43,289 bases of DNA, taken from UHGV virus genome UHGV-0212642; one strand, written 5' to 3'. This document shows positions 26,369 through 36,190 of the stretch, piece by piece (positions within the stretch are counted from its first letter, which is position 1; each line of letters opens with the position of its first letter). The notes beneath the pieces were generated by a model. The model worked only from the letters and a program-made list of their open reading frames with translations. It made no database searches and was not told the origin of the DNA. Position numbers and translations under genes: made by a program. This stretch comes from a virus.

Positions 26369-26965
26369 TTAGTTTTGATTTACTAATTTGTCGTATGTCT
26401 CACGGTCATTCATGTACAATTCTGTACGCTCCGCAACGTTCATACTTTCAAATTGTTCTGGTGTAATACCTGTAGGCATTGGGTTGCCGTCTTCCGGCTT
26501 TCTGCCTACCGCTTTTGTTTCGGCAAATAAATAAGGCTTAGACTCTTTAAGCGTTTCAACCGCTTTGTCTAACCCTTTCACAGTGCCGTCTTCTTGCAAT
26601 TCCAGTTCATCTTTATTGATGAATGCTAGAATATCGTCAGCATCGTTTGCATCTTTTGCAACAGCTAACTTAACAGCGTTATTCAGTTGTGATTGATTGT
26701 ACTTATCTTGCCACTCTGCGTTCTTATTTTTTAATTCGTCGAGTTCTTTTTGTAACTCGCTGTCATCTTTTACAGAGTCTTGTAATTGGGCAATTTGCTC
26801 ATCGCGATTTGATAATTCAGCTTTCAACTCTTCAATCTCGGCGTTCTTATCGTTAAGACGTGAACGTGGTACCATTCCCGATTTGCTTTCGTCGATAGCA
26901 TCTAATACTTTTTGTTTATCAATCTCGCCGTCTTTAAATTGTCCTAATAGTGCGTATAAGTCCAT
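26369..26965 (-). CDS. Scaffolding protein
   Basis: 198-aa acidic, coiled-coil-rich protein between the minor head and major capsid genes. Confidence 0.7.
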   Translation of the reverse strand: MDLYALLGQFKDGEIDKQKVLDAIDESKSGMVPRSRLNDKNAEIEELKAELSNRDEQIAQLQDSVKDDSELQKELDELKNKNAEWQDKYNQSQLNNAVKLAVAKDANDADDILAFINKDELELQEDGTVKGLDKAVETLKESKPYLFAETKAVGRKPEDGNPMPTGITPEQFESMNVAERTELYMNDRETYDKLVNQN

Positions 26966-27061
26966 TTAAACTACTCCTTTTTACGTTTTTAACGTGCAAC
27001 GCCACGAAGAATTTTTGTATAAAAAGAAGCAGTTTAACGACATGCTAAGGTCGAGTAGTGA

Positions 27062-28054
27062 CTACTTCTTGTTTTTCTTCTTGCTTTGTTCTCTTTTCAT
27101 TCGTTCCCAATGCCTATAGCGCACAAATGGTATGTTTTGCTTAGTTCTATTGTCCTTTTTAACCGTCATTGTTGTTGGTAAATCGTCTTCGCTTATGTAG
27201 TACATGAGTTTACAACGACAATTGATATTTTCTTTCGCACTCGCTACACCTACAAATAATTTAGGCGCTTGACCTACACAGCCACTTGATTTAAACGGCT
27301 CATCTATTTTCTTTTTAGAACCGTCTAAATGTCTGTGTGTGTCTCTTGTGCGTGTATCTTTAGTAGCATACCAATACTTGTACATTTGCAGCCCGTTTTC
27401 TTGTGCTACCGTTGCGCTGTCTAGTCCAGCTTGTGACATTACACGTCCTGCTTCTGTACGTGCGACACGCGTCGATTGAGCTTTAGTCATACCTATGTCA
27501 TCACGTAACGCTTTTGCTATCTTGCTGTAGCCCTCGCCGCTTATGATGCCTTGTGTGATGTGTAATCGTATCTTTTTCAATACTTCATCACGATGTTTTT
27601 GTAATGTAGGTACTAACTTAATAAATTCAATCGGTTGTTCGATAGCTCTTTGTATTGTTTGAGCATTGGGCACATCGAATTGCATTGATGTTTGACTAGC
27701 CATTTCATACAAATAAAGACTCATCATGAACTTTTCTATATAAGCGTTTTGTTGTGTTTGTTTGATTGTCTTAGCCACTCGGCTATAATCATCAGTTAAC
27801 ATCTGCGCTATACGGTCAAGTTCTTTGTTGAGCCTGTTATATTTATTAAATTCAGTCCATGTTACATGTACGTCATCAGATTGGTACTTTTCAAACATAT
27901 CAGCTATTTCTTGCTTAATCGTTTTAAATCGTTTAGCAAATAGCGTTTCTATCTCTTTTTCAGATTGACTGATAAGCTTATCGATATAATTGTCTATATC
28001 ACTCTGGTTGTTTATCTTCGGATCGCTCTTGTTCTGACTGTTCTTGCTCGCCAT
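27062..28054 (-). CDS. Minor head / head morphogenesis protein (SPP1 gp7 / Mu F-like)
   Basis: Follows the portal gene. Probable start is ATG at 28054 with GGAGGTG RBS (the ORF track used GTG at 28063). Confidence 0.65.
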   Translation of the reverse strand: MASKNSQNKSDPKINNQSDIDNYIDKLISQSEKEIETLFAKRFKTIKQEIADMFEKYQSDDVHVTWTEFNKYNRLNKELDRIAQMLTDDYSRVAKTIKQTQQNAYIEKFMMSLYLYEMASQTSMQFDVPNAQTIQRAIEQPIEFIKLVPTLQKHRDEVLKKIRLHITQGIISGEGYSKIAKALRDDIGMTKAQSTRVARTEAGRVMSQAGLDSATVAQENGLQMYKYWYATKDTRTRDTHRHLDGSKKKIDEPFKSSGCVGQAPKLFVGVASAKENINCRCKLMYYISEDDLPTTMTVKKDNRTKQNIPFVRYRHWERMKREQSKKKNKK

Positions 28055-29435
28055 TTGCAGCACCTCCGTCGTCTATGTCGGGTAGCTGTTGGTTGTATTC
28101 CATTTGCTCATGTTCAATGCGTTCTAATTCAGCGTTAGGGTCGTCTACCCACGGATGATGCGTAACGATTGTCTCTTTAGATAAGTATTGAGATTGAGCA
28201 CCTATTTGCGATTGCTCTAAGTCATTCATCATTCTATTGAAGTTGAATGTAATGCTAATGTCTTTGATGTCCACTTTCAGTTTGTAGAAATCGATAATAA
28301 ATTGCAGCAACTCTTGTATAGCTACGATTGCTTTGTTCTTAAGTTTGTTTGCTTTTAAATCTAAATTGCCGTATAAGAATTTCAAAGCTATGCCACTAGG
28401 CGCAGAGCCAAACTTATCTGTTTGGAAGTCAACACCTTGCCCAAACTCAATCAAGTTAGCGCGCATTAAGTCCAAATACTCTTTTGTGCTTGTTACTGGC
28501 ACTTCAACTTGTATTGTCTCAACGCCACCCTCACTATCAACGTTTATAGCTTTATAGTATTTAAGGCCTTGCATAAACTCTTTTAAGTCTTCGCCCTCAT
28601 AACCTTTTAAGATATATATAAGCTCTGCACTTTCATCAAACATATTTTGTGTATCTGACAATCGTTTGTCTATTGCGTCAATAATCGTCTTATACATCCA
28701 TATATCTGACATCTCTTCCGGATTATTTTTGAACGGTACAAAAGGTACACGCTCCCAGCTTCCTGTTGAGAAATGCGTTTGCTTATTATCTTGGCCATAA
28801 TAATAGTCGTTTATAAGCATGTCGTTGTCATATACATAGTAAGTAACGTCATCAGCTGTCCAATACTCTACCTTTGTTTCATTGTTAAACTCGAACACAC
28901 GTATAAATGCTTGTAATGTGTCGCGTTCTTTATCTGTCCAAATAGGTATCGCTTGTTCTGCTGGCACTCTAAATAGTTTGAAGTCCCCATTTTCATCTAT
29001 ATATGGCTGTATCCAGTCAACACCTTTATTAGATGCTGCTGTTAAGACATCAATAAGTTTGTTATCCCATTTATTGTCTAACACACTGTGTATTGCTTCT
29101 AATGCTTTGTTATCATCGCATGAATAGGTAACCGGTTTAGTAGCTAAGTACGCAACCTTTTGATCTACTAAGTTTTGATGATAGTTAGTAGTAATACGCC
29201 AATCCGGCTTATCCACATCTAATTTGCCGTCTAAATCTAATTTAGGGTATTGATTATATATGTCATTCTGTTTATTGTAATAACGTTCGCCAGTACTGAT
29301 ACGTTCGATATTACTTTGATGATTAAGTATCAATCTGACGATCATTTCTTCTTGCGTTTCTTCTTTAGGTTTCAATTGCTCGACGATTTCTTCGCCATAT
29401 GTCTTATCCCAAGGAAATCGAATAATAGTAAACAC
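27999..29435 (-). CDS. Portal protein (SPP1 gp6-like)
   Basis: 478 aa. N-terminal region aligns by eye with the SPP1 portal (MIVRLILNHQ...GERYY). Acidic C-terminus. Immediately after TerL. Exact start uncertain (GTG at 29435). Confidence 0.8.
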   Translation of the reverse strand: MFTIIRFPWDKTYGEEIVEQLKPKEETQEEMIVRLILNHQSNIERISTGERYYNKQNDIYNQYPKLDLDGKLDVDKPDWRITTNYHQNLVDQKVAYLATKPVTYSCDDNKALEAIHSVLDNKWDNKLIDVLTAASNKGVDWIQPYIDENGDFKLFRVPAEQAIPIWTDKERDTLQAFIRVFEFNNETKVEYWTADDVTYYVYDNDMLINDYYYGQDNKQTHFSTGSWERVPFVPFKNNPEEMSDIWMYKTIIDAIDKRLSDTQNMFDESAELIYILKGYEGEDLKEFMQGLKYYKAINVDSEGGVETIQVEVPVTSTKEYLDLMRANLIEFGQGVDFQTDKFGSAPSGIALKFLYGNLDLKANKLKNKAIVAIQELLQFIIDFYKLKVDIKDISITFNFNRMMNDLEQSQIGAQSQYLSKETIVTHHPWVDDPNAELERIEHEQMEYNQQLPDIDDGGAANGEQEQSEQERSEDKQPE

Positions 29436-30698
29436 CTACCTTAAAATTGATATCTTGCTTTGTCTCATATCACGCTCTAGCGCATATCTTGTTGCATCTA
29501 TAGTGTGGTTGTCTTTATCTTCTAATCTTGGCTTTACATTGCCGTCTTTATCTGTCTCATAGTCTATATTTTCAAATTCTCTGGCTATATTAGGTGTTCT
29601 ATTAGGATCTATTACAATAGCATCTAAGTCATCGAGCCATTGCTCGCCGTATTCAACGCTGTCAGCACCTTTTTTAACACCTTTAACATGCTTAATGCCA
29701 TGTTCTTTTTTAAGTTCATCAATTGACTTAGGTTCTGCGCTATCTGCAAATATCTCGTCTGATTGATAACCTTTGCTTTTAAGTTTGTTTGCAAACTCTC
29801 TATTGCTTATTTGCACGCCGTAAATTTCATCAACAGCATAAATAATGCGTTTCTTTTTGTCGTAGTGCCAACGTACAAAAGCTAAAGGATCAGTCGCATA
29901 ACCAAAGTCGACTGCGTTGCGTATATTATCAAATGAATTGTATAAATCATCTGGTATCTTTTCTATCTGTAGATTGTTAAATGGTACAACACCACTGCCA
30001 ATTGCTTCGCCTAAGTATTCCCACCGATATCGCATCTCATTACGTTGCTTAGCACTCTCGGCCTCTTGTATAAACTGTTTGGATATAAATGGGTTATTCA
30101 AGTAAGTTGAGTGATGCACAAATGTATTGTCCGGTTGAAATGATGTCTCATATTTTTTGTTAGCCCAGTGTTGTTTCCTTTTAGCCGGGTTGTATGAGAA
30201 ATAAAATTTATAGAACAACCCTTTATCTAACTCGCCACGCAACATCGAATTGGTTATTGTAGTAACTTCATCTTCAGTCTTGAACTCTCCCAATTCTTCT
30301 ATCCACATAATAGAAAAAGGAAATCGACTATCTTTTAACGATTTTAAACGCTCGGGGTTCTGCGCCCCTCTAAAAATAATTCGATTACCTCTTGGTATAT
30401 ATGTGATTTCCATTGGCGACACTTTAACTTTGAATAAATGTGACACCTTTTGTTCTTCAATCGCCCATTTAATTTGTTCAAATACTGATGTAGCTAACGT
30501 GTTATCTGTTTTACGTACTACAACCGCATTCATCGGATAACGCATAATAAGTTGAGTAATGATAATAGATATATCTGACGACTTACCACTTCCGCGCCCG
30601 CCTTTAGCCACTATATTCAATACATCTTTATTCTTTGTTGCTCGCCACAAGTCATGAAAATGCTTCGGTATCAATTCAGATAAGCTAATCGATGTCAT
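29436..30698 (-). CDS. terL: Terminase large subunit
   Basis: 420 aa. Walker A-like GGRGSGKS near the N-terminus. C-terminal nuclease region. Overlaps terS. Confidence 0.85.
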   Translation of the reverse strand: MTSISLSELIPKHFHDLWRATKNKDVLNIVAKGGRGSGKSSDISIIITQLIMRYPMNAVVVRKTDNTLATSVFEQIKWAIEEQKVSHLFKVKVSPMEITYIPRGNRIIFRGAQNPERLKSLKDSRFPFSIMWIEELGEFKTEDEVTTITNSMLRGELDKGLFYKFYFSYNPAKRKQHWANKKYETSFQPDNTFVHHSTYLNNPFISKQFIQEAESAKQRNEMRYRWEYLGEAIGSGVVPFNNLQIEKIPDDLYNSFDNIRNAVDFGYATDPLAFVRWHYDKKKRIIYAVDEIYGVQISNREFANKLKSKGYQSDEIFADSAEPKSIDELKKEHGIKHVKGVKKGADSVEYGEQWLDDLDAIVIDPNRTPNIAREFENIDYETDKDGNVKPRLEDKDNHTIDATRYALERDMRQSKISILR

Positions 30699-31122
30699 CT
30701 TTAAATGTTACCGCCTGGATAGTATTAACGTCATGCTCTGTTTTGTCTCTGTATTTGTGCGGCAATCTATTTTTAAGTGCGAATATAAGCGACGTAGGGT
30801 TAGCGTGTTCATACTTCTTAACTTTGACAACCTTACCTGCATTAGTGACCGTTTCTTCTTCGTAGTAGTAGCCTGTTGCTCTCTTATGAAGTGCGTTTTC
30901 TAATTCATAGTCAGAGACTTCTTTGCCCTTTTTTAAGGCTGCTGAAAACGCTGGGTACTTGTCCGGCGTCCATGTCCTTAGCGTAGAATAAGCGACACCT
31001 AAATTCTTAGCTATCTGCTCGTCAGTTAATCCGTCACGTTTCCAACCCTCTACTAATCCGAGCTTGCTTTCTATATCTAATTTTTCGTATGCTGTTCTTC
31101 TGCCCATTTCATTTACCACCAA
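30685..31122 (-). CDS. terS: Terminase small subunit
   Basis: 145-aa ORF with HTH-like region (LTDEQIAKNLGVAYSTLRTW). Immediately upstream of terL. Confidence 0.7.
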   Translation of the reverse strand: MVVNEMGRRTAYEKLDIESKLGLVEGWKRDGLTDEQIAKNLGVAYSTLRTWTPDKYPAFSAALKKGKEVSDYELENALHKRATGYYYEEETVTNAGKVVKVKKYEHANPTSLIFALKNRLPHKYRDKTEHDVNTIQAVTFKDDID

Positions 31123-31408
31123 CTCTCACGATATTATCTTTTATAAATTTAAAAAAGCCACCCGTGTTTCTCACGGATAGCCTAATAGGAGTAAAACATA
31201 ATTTGTTAGGAGACGAACATATAGTTTATATACCGCCCACTCATAGAGTAGACGGTTAAGCAACCAGGCGCACTACCTCCAATAGGAAAATTACTACCCG
31301 ATTACTTATACGGAAGTCTCCGCCATAAGACAACGTCTTATTACGGCGGTTCGTTCACAATACCATGATAACCCTTTTCAAACCGGACTTACATACCCTA
31401 AAAGTCCG

Positions 31409-31825
31409 CTATACGTATCCTATAAACTCGGCCAACCTACTAATCATCGCATCTCTACGTCTTAATACACTCGTTTTACTAATACCAAAGTAGTTAGCGA
31501 TGTCTTCCCACTCGTAACATCCAATAGGACACTCCCAGTATCTTAACCGTATTAAGTCTTTAGTGTCTTCATCAGCTTCGAATATAAGCTTATCTACACC
31601 TTTTACAACGTTACGCAGCATTACATATCTATTATCACTTAACTTCTTAACTGTTTCCCTTTCGATAGGATTTCCCGGTAAATTACTTTTGCCAGCTCCT
31701 ATATTCTCCGGCTCGTGGTTTTCCATTAACTCATATCCACGCATCAGAAATTCTTTGCGGTATTCCTCTATATTCTTTATGTAGTCTTCAAGCTTCTTGA
31801 TGTCATGCTTTTGAATAACTATCAT
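31409..31825 (-). CDS. rinA: RinA/ArpU-family late-gene transcriptional activator
   Basis: 138-aa ORF upstream of the packaging genes. Sequence resembles staphylococcal phage RinA (..RLRYWEC...SKTSVLRRRDAMISRLAEF). Confidence 0.65.
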   Translation of the reverse strand: MIVIQKHDIKKLEDYIKNIEEYRKEFLMRGYELMENHEPENIGAGKSNLPGNPIERETVKKLSDNRYVMLRNVVKGVDKLIFEADEDTKDLIRLRYWECPIGCYEWEDIANYFGISKTSVLRRRDAMISRLAEFIGYV

Positions 31826-31971
31826 AATGACCCTCCGTTTTTTAACTTATCTCTCAACACTTCAATTTCATATTCTTTCATCTCTATCTTGTGCTTTAAC
31901 TCTTTTTGTTCTAGCATGCAGCCGAATACAAGTATTACTAACAATATAATAGCTATGACTAACCACATCAT
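31822..31971 (-). CDS. Small transmembrane protein (49 aa, absent from the ORF track)
   Basis: MMWLVIAIILLVILVFGCMLEQKE... Start overlaps the upstream stop (ATGA) and its stop overlaps the rinA start (ATGA), implying translational coupling. Confidence 0.4.
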   Translation of the reverse strand: MMWLVIAIILLVILVFGCMLEQKELKHKIEMKEYEIEVLRDKLKNGGSL

Positions 31972-32150
31972 TCTATAAACACCTTCTTTATTTCATCCAA
32001 ATCATACTGATCTGTTATTCTCGCAAAGTCGTTTTGCGCAATATCCACCTCATCATTTGCAGTTAACCTATAATATATTTCTCTACCTATCCACTTACCT
32101 AATTCATATACTGCGACAGTAAACCATATCTTTAAAACACGTTTAATCAT
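31968..32150 (-). CDS. Small hypothetical protein
   Basis: ORF track gives start 32180. ATG at 32150 (MIKRVLKIWFTVAVYELG...) is preceded by a GAGGAGGGG RBS and is the more likely start. Confidence 0.4.
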   Translation of the reverse strand: MIKRVLKIWFTVAVYELGKWIGREIYYRLTANDEVDIAQNDFARITDQYDLDEIKKVFIE

Positions 32151-32299
32151 CCAACCCCTCCTCATACTTACGTCTCGCATCTTCTGCCCTCTCTGCCTCT
32201 ACAAGTGTGTACGTCTCATTATCATGCGGCTTAGTTACATCGACAAATGTTTCTTGCCCGTGTTTTATCTCTGTTATTAGAAATTGCGTCACTTCTCGC

Positions 32300-32686
32300 T
32301 TACTCCTTTAATATTTTGACTTCATACATTTTTGGGAAAGTATCTAACATTGGTATTCTGTAGCCAATAGTTTTAACTCTTACTTTATCGCCTTTATTCA
32401 ATTCTGCTTGAACATCTGCACTGTTAAATCTAGCTTTCATCGTGATATCTGTATTCATAATTACTTTTTTGTCATCAAGCACAATAAAGAAATCATCTTC
32501 ACTATTATTTCGTTTTGTGTATTTGTCTGTTATTGTTCCTGTAAATGTTTCTTTGTGAAAGTAACTCACAACACTATATGTTGTATAAAACAAGAATGAA
32601 CAAATTAAAAACATTATCATCATAGGGATTATAATCTTAAAAGCATAATTCATAATCTTATCTAAACGCTTTGTAAATCTTTTCAC
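32300..32686 (-). CDS. Membrane-anchored hypothetical protein
   Basis: 128 aa with an N-terminal TM helix (IIIPMMIMFLICSFLFYTTY) followed by a soluble domain. Confidence 0.5.
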   Translation of the reverse strand: MKRFTKRLDKIMNYAFKIIIPMMIMFLICSFLFYTTYSVVSYFHKETFTGTITDKYTKRNNSEDDFFIVLDDKKVIMNTDITMKARFNSADVQAELNKGDKVRVKTIGYRIPMLDTFPKMYEVKILKE

Positions 32687-32722
32687 TTCCTAAGCACCTC
32701 TTTCACTCTTTCGTAAATATTC

Positions 32723-33151
32723 TTACTGTAAGTCTGACTCTTTAATGAATGTGCCGTTGATTGTTTTTCCTTTTCGTCCTTTAATTTCATCGTATGCAAA
32801 CTGTAAACACTCCTGTAAACTCATATCATGTTGTTGGGCTAGTATTATAAGCGTAACCACCGTATCGCCTATACCGTCTTTTAATGCCTCTAAATTGCCA
32901 CGCGATAATGCTGCGCCGACTTCCCCTGCTTCTTCATAAAATTTCAATGCTTGTCTGTCTGGATTTCCGTTGTGTAAATCTTTGTCTATGCTCCATTGTT
33001 CTACTTGTTTAACTAATTGATCTAATGTTAATTGATTAATCATTATCGTTATCCTCCATTCTAATTTCATCAAAAACTTTAGCTTTCTTATATACTTTAT
33101 CCACCTCTTGTAACAACTCTTCTGTATCATCCCCAGTAAACGCACTTGCAC
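32723..33151 (-). CDS. MazG-like nucleotide pyrophosphohydrolase
   Basis: EEAGEVGAAL...DGIGDTVVTLIILAQ motif typical of the MazG/HisE all-alpha NTP-PPase fold. Confidence 0.65.
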   Translation of the reverse strand: MQVRLLGMIQKSCYKRWIKYIRKLKFLMKLEWRITIMINQLTLDQLVKQVEQWSIDKDLHNGNPDRQALKFYEEAGEVGAALSRGNLEALKDGIGDTVVTLIILAQQHDMSLQECLQFAYDEIKGRKGKTINGTFIKESDLQ

Positions 33152-33188
33152 TTATGATTGCTTGTTCTATTTGTTCACGTTTAGTCAT

Positions 33189-33587
33189 TTACTTCACCAA
33201 CTCCCCGTCTTTCCAAATGAGTGTCAATGTCATGTCTTCATTGATTAAATATAAACATGCAGTGTTAAAGTAACTCGGATTATATTCCATAATATTATTG
33301 ATACTAGTATTTTTTTGAATAACAGAAGAAATCGATCCTGGAGAATGTAGATCATTATATATCTCTAATACAGTATCTAGTTTTGTTTCTTCCGTAATTT
33401 CTTCCTCAACTTCTACAGCGAAAGTTTCGTATGCTCCAACATCAGCTGCTTCAAGTAGAGCACTTAACCTAAAATAAACATGACCACCACAATCACTACT
33501 AAACACTTTATCTCTAACGTTATTTTCCCAGCCCCATTTAATTAACTCAGGTAATTTCATTTCTTTTTTAGTTTTAATCTTTACCAT
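33189..33587 (-). CDS. Hypothetical protein
   Basis: 132-aa ORF. No recognised motif. Confidence 0.4.
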   Translation of the reverse strand: MVKIKTKKEMKLPELIKWGWENNVRDKVFSSDCGGHVYFRLSALLEAADVGAYETFAVEVEEEITEETKLDTVLEIYNDLHSPGSISSVIQKNTSINNIMEYNPSYFNTACLYLINEDMTLTLIWKDGELVK

Positions 33588-33590
33588 TCT

Positions 33591-34013
33591 CTAACCCTCC
33601 CATTTTTCAAAAACTCTTTGCACGTACCAACGCGCTTTCGCGATATCTTCTTTACCATTCTTGTGCGTCGCTCTACTTAAATATTTGATTGCGTTCCCTA
33701 TGTCATAAGCCAAATTAGACGGGTAATGTGCTGTGACTTGTTCTATATAGTCTATAACCTCTATATCGCCGTAATTATAATGTGACGGACTATTTACGTT
33801 ATCCTCTGTCTTCTCTACAACCGTAAAATCGTCGTCATCAGTTATCATTACTGGTTCTGTTAAGTTACCTACTTTGACACGTGCAAATGTCTTAAATGTA
33901 TCTTGTCCTGTCATATGCCCTTTTAGTAAAACCTCTCCCGGATAACTGTTATTGTCGTTGTCTCTTCTGAACATGATATAGTCGCCAATATTTAACTCTT
34001 TAATACTAGTCAT
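33591..34013 (-). CDS. DUF3310-like phage protein
   Basis: 140 aa. SPSHYNYGDIEVIDYIEQV segment resembles the conserved core of DUF3310 phage proteins. Confidence 0.45.
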   Translation of the reverse strand: MTSIKELNIGDYIMFRRDNDNNSYPGEVLLKGHMTGQDTFKTFARVKVGNLTEPVMITDDDDFTVVEKTEDNVNSPSHYNYGDIEVIDYIEQVTAHYPSNLAYDIGNAIKYLSRATHKNGKEDIAKARWYVQRVFEKWEG

Positions 34014-34018
34014 ATGTT

Positions 34019-34270
34019 TTAACCCCTTTGATCTCTGCCATATAGGTCAGTTTTTAGTTTTGCTAACAAGTTATTCTTACATAAGTGGTCGAACCACTCA
34101 CTTTTAACTTTATAATGCTTCACCAACTCTTTGCTGCGTCTCTCTTTTTCTGCTCGCTGCTCTTTACGTTTCAACATCAACATACGTTCGTGTCTACGCT
34201 CTGCTTGTTGTATTAAATACAACTGTCTTGAGGATAGAGAACCCTCATTTCTTTCATATATTTGCACCAT
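34019..34270 (-). CDS. Small basic hypothetical protein
   Basis: 83-aa Arg/Lys-rich coiled-coil ORF. Confidence 0.4.
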   Translation of the reverse strand: MVQIYERNEGSLSSRQLYLIQQAERRHERMLMLKRKEQRAEKERRSKELVKHYKVKSEWFDHLCKNNLLAKLKTDLYGRDQRG

Positions 34271-34272
34271 TA

Positions 34273-34587
34273 TTAGTTATCTCCCTCGAAAAAGTAGCGT
34301 CCTTTGCCGTAAATCAGTTCCGCGCCTCTCAAACCTTGTTTATATCGCTTTCTAACCGTGCTATCTGACACGTCAAAGTATTTATATACGTCACATAATC
34401 TGTAACGTTTACCGTTTAGGTTAACCATTGGCATACGGCCCTTGACGTTGATGACTGCTGTTGCTTCCGGCTGAAACGAATAAATGTGTTTTAACTCTAT
34501 GTCTTCGTTTCGTTCTGTTTTCACATCAAAGTCGCCGTAGTGCTCCATTGCATCTTGTAATTCTTCGATTAAGTCTAATGCTTTCAT
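34273..34587 (-). CDS. Hypothetical protein with C-terminal HTH-like segment
   Basis: 104 aa. VSDSTVRKRYKQGLRGAELI resembles a DNA-binding HTH. Confidence 0.4.
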   Translation of the reverse strand: MKALDLIEELQDAMEHYGDFDVKTERNEDIELKHIYSFQPEATAVINVKGRMPMVNLNGKRYRLCDVYKYFDVSDSTVRKRYKQGLRGAELIYGKGRYFFEGDN

Positions 34588-35003
34588 TCGACTTCCTCCA
34601 AACTCATTATGACTTTTGCTTGTTCTGCAAATTTTTTCAAACTATGTATTTCCACAATTTGATTGTCATCTTTCCATAAATGGCTGTTAGCAGCGTCTAA
34701 TACCGTTTTAATCAAATTGTCTATATCTGGCTTAGTGTGCTTATACTGTCCTATTGCCGTTGTTTTTTTCTTTTTGCTCCAACTTTTAGGAGGTTCAAAG
34801 CAAAATAATAGAGATACTTTTAATTTACTTTCTATCATCAATTTAGGCATTTGCTCTTTTATATACTCTTTATGCTTTGTATAAGCTGCTGGCATGTATG
34901 TTTGAACAAATTTACCTGATTTGCGAAAACGCGGACGAGGCGAGCCAATAGGTGCCTCAAACACGTCGTTAAATTTAATTTCTAATTGCATGTCCCACCT
35001 CAA
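34584..35003 (-). CDS. rusA: RusA-family Holliday junction resolvase
   Basis: 139 aa. KPDIDNLIKTVLDA and upstream PRPRFRK motifs characteristic of RusA. Confidence 0.75.
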   Translation of the reverse strand: MRWDMQLEIKFNDVFEAPIGSPRPRFRKSGKFVQTYMPAAYTKHKEYIKEQMPKLMIESKLKVSLLFCFEPPKSWSKKKKTTAIGQYKHTKPDIDNLIKTVLDAANSHLWKDDNQIVEIHSLKKFAEQAKVIMSLEEVE

Positions 35004-35248
35004 AATAAATAATCATCAATTGTAGTCTGTTGCTGTAATTCGTCTTTTCTAAATAATTTATATTTACGTTTTATCTTCGCTAATTCGTCTTTAGTTACAT
35101 ATTCTTTAAATTTATTTTTTTGCATTCCGCCCAAGTTAGCCAAATAAAACGTGTCGTCATCTCTTGGCAGTACTCTCAACATCTTCCAACCGTCACTCTC
35201 ATACAAGTTATAAGCTTTCGGTTGGTTTTCTCTAATACCCATATTCAA
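35000..35248 (-). CDS. Hypothetical protein
   Basis: 82-aa ORF translationally coupled to rusA. Confidence 0.4.
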   Translation of the reverse strand: MNMGIRENQPKAYNLYESDGWKMLRVLPRDDDTFYLANLGGMQKNKFKEYVTKDELAKIKRKYKLFRKDELQQQTTIDDYLF

Positions 35249-35392
35249 CCACGGCCTCCCTTACTCGACGTTCAGCAAGTTTTTGGTAGTATATGTCCTC
35301 TAAAACTTTTTCGTCGCCCTGTGCGTATTCTGTGATTTTATGAGCGTACACATCAGAACACTCAAGATTTTGTTTGATTTCTTCTAATGTGA

Positions 35393-36178
35393 TCAAAATT
35401 TAAGCCCCCTTGTTCTATAATCTTGACCATCCATTTTGATTAGCGTTGTATTGCTCATAATTCTACTGAATATACGCTGCATATCTTTATTTCTAGTCAT
35501 TTCTTTTTCATCTAAGTTAGTTGTAAATATATTGTGTTTGCCAACTCTACTTTCGACTAACTCGAACATCTTGCTTGTGGCAAACTCATTCATGTTAATA
35601 CCGAAGTCATCAAATACCATTAGATCCACATCGCTAATGATTTGTGCTAACTCCTGTTCAGTCATACCGTTTCTGTTGTTGTAGGTATTTTTAATTGTTG
35701 ATATGAGCTGAGGGACGTTCATATAAAGAACTGTATAACCTCTCGCCTTTACTTCTTTGACAATGCTCATTGATAAATGCGATTTTCCTGTGCCGAATGA
35801 ACCTTGTATCAATAGTGATTGTTTATTGTATAATGTGAAATTACGGGCATACCTTTCGCACAAACCTTTAGCATACTTTAACTTTTCTGATGTAGGTTCG
35901 TAGTTCTCAAATGTCACTTGTGCTAAATTTTCGTTAATTATCGATTGTTTAAATATCTTTTCTGCTTTAGATTTACGTTGTTTCTTGTGATAGTTTTCGG
36001 TAGATACTTTAGCTAGCGCAATCATGTCGCAGTCGCAACCGTCTTTGACTACTTGTCCGTTATCGAATTCATAGTAATCATACTTACGACCACAATCATT
36101 GCAATGTAATCCAAATTCTTGTTTAACTATCTTATTTCTAAAACCTGCTTGTTTTGCTAGTTTCTGGAAAGCCTCCAT
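35393..36178 (-). CDS. DnaC/IstB-like AAA+ helicase loader
   Basis: Walker A GSFGTGKSHL and Walker B LMVFDDFG. N-terminal Cys4 cluster. Follows the replisome organiser gene. Confidence 0.8.
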   Translation of the reverse strand: MEAFQKLAKQAGFRNKIVKQEFGLHCNDCGRKYDYYEFDNGQVVKDGCDCDMIALAKVSTENYHKKQRKSKAEKIFKQSIINENLAQVTFENYEPTSEKLKYAKGLCERYARNFTLYNKQSLLIQGSFGTGKSHLSMSIVKEVKARGYTVLYMNVPQLISTIKNTYNNRNGMTEQELAQIISDVDLMVFDDFGINMNEFATSKMFELVESRVGKHNIFTTNLDEKEMTRNKDMQRIFSRIMSNTTLIKMDGQDYRTRGLKF

Positions 36179-36190
36179 CTCATCACTCCT

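Noticed and set aside
31151-31180. Hairpin plus T-run just upstream of terS considered as an intrinsic terminator
   Set aside because: Lies about 30 bp from the terS start, where the late promoter must be. The stem is short and imperfect. Kept only as part of the intergenic-structure observation.
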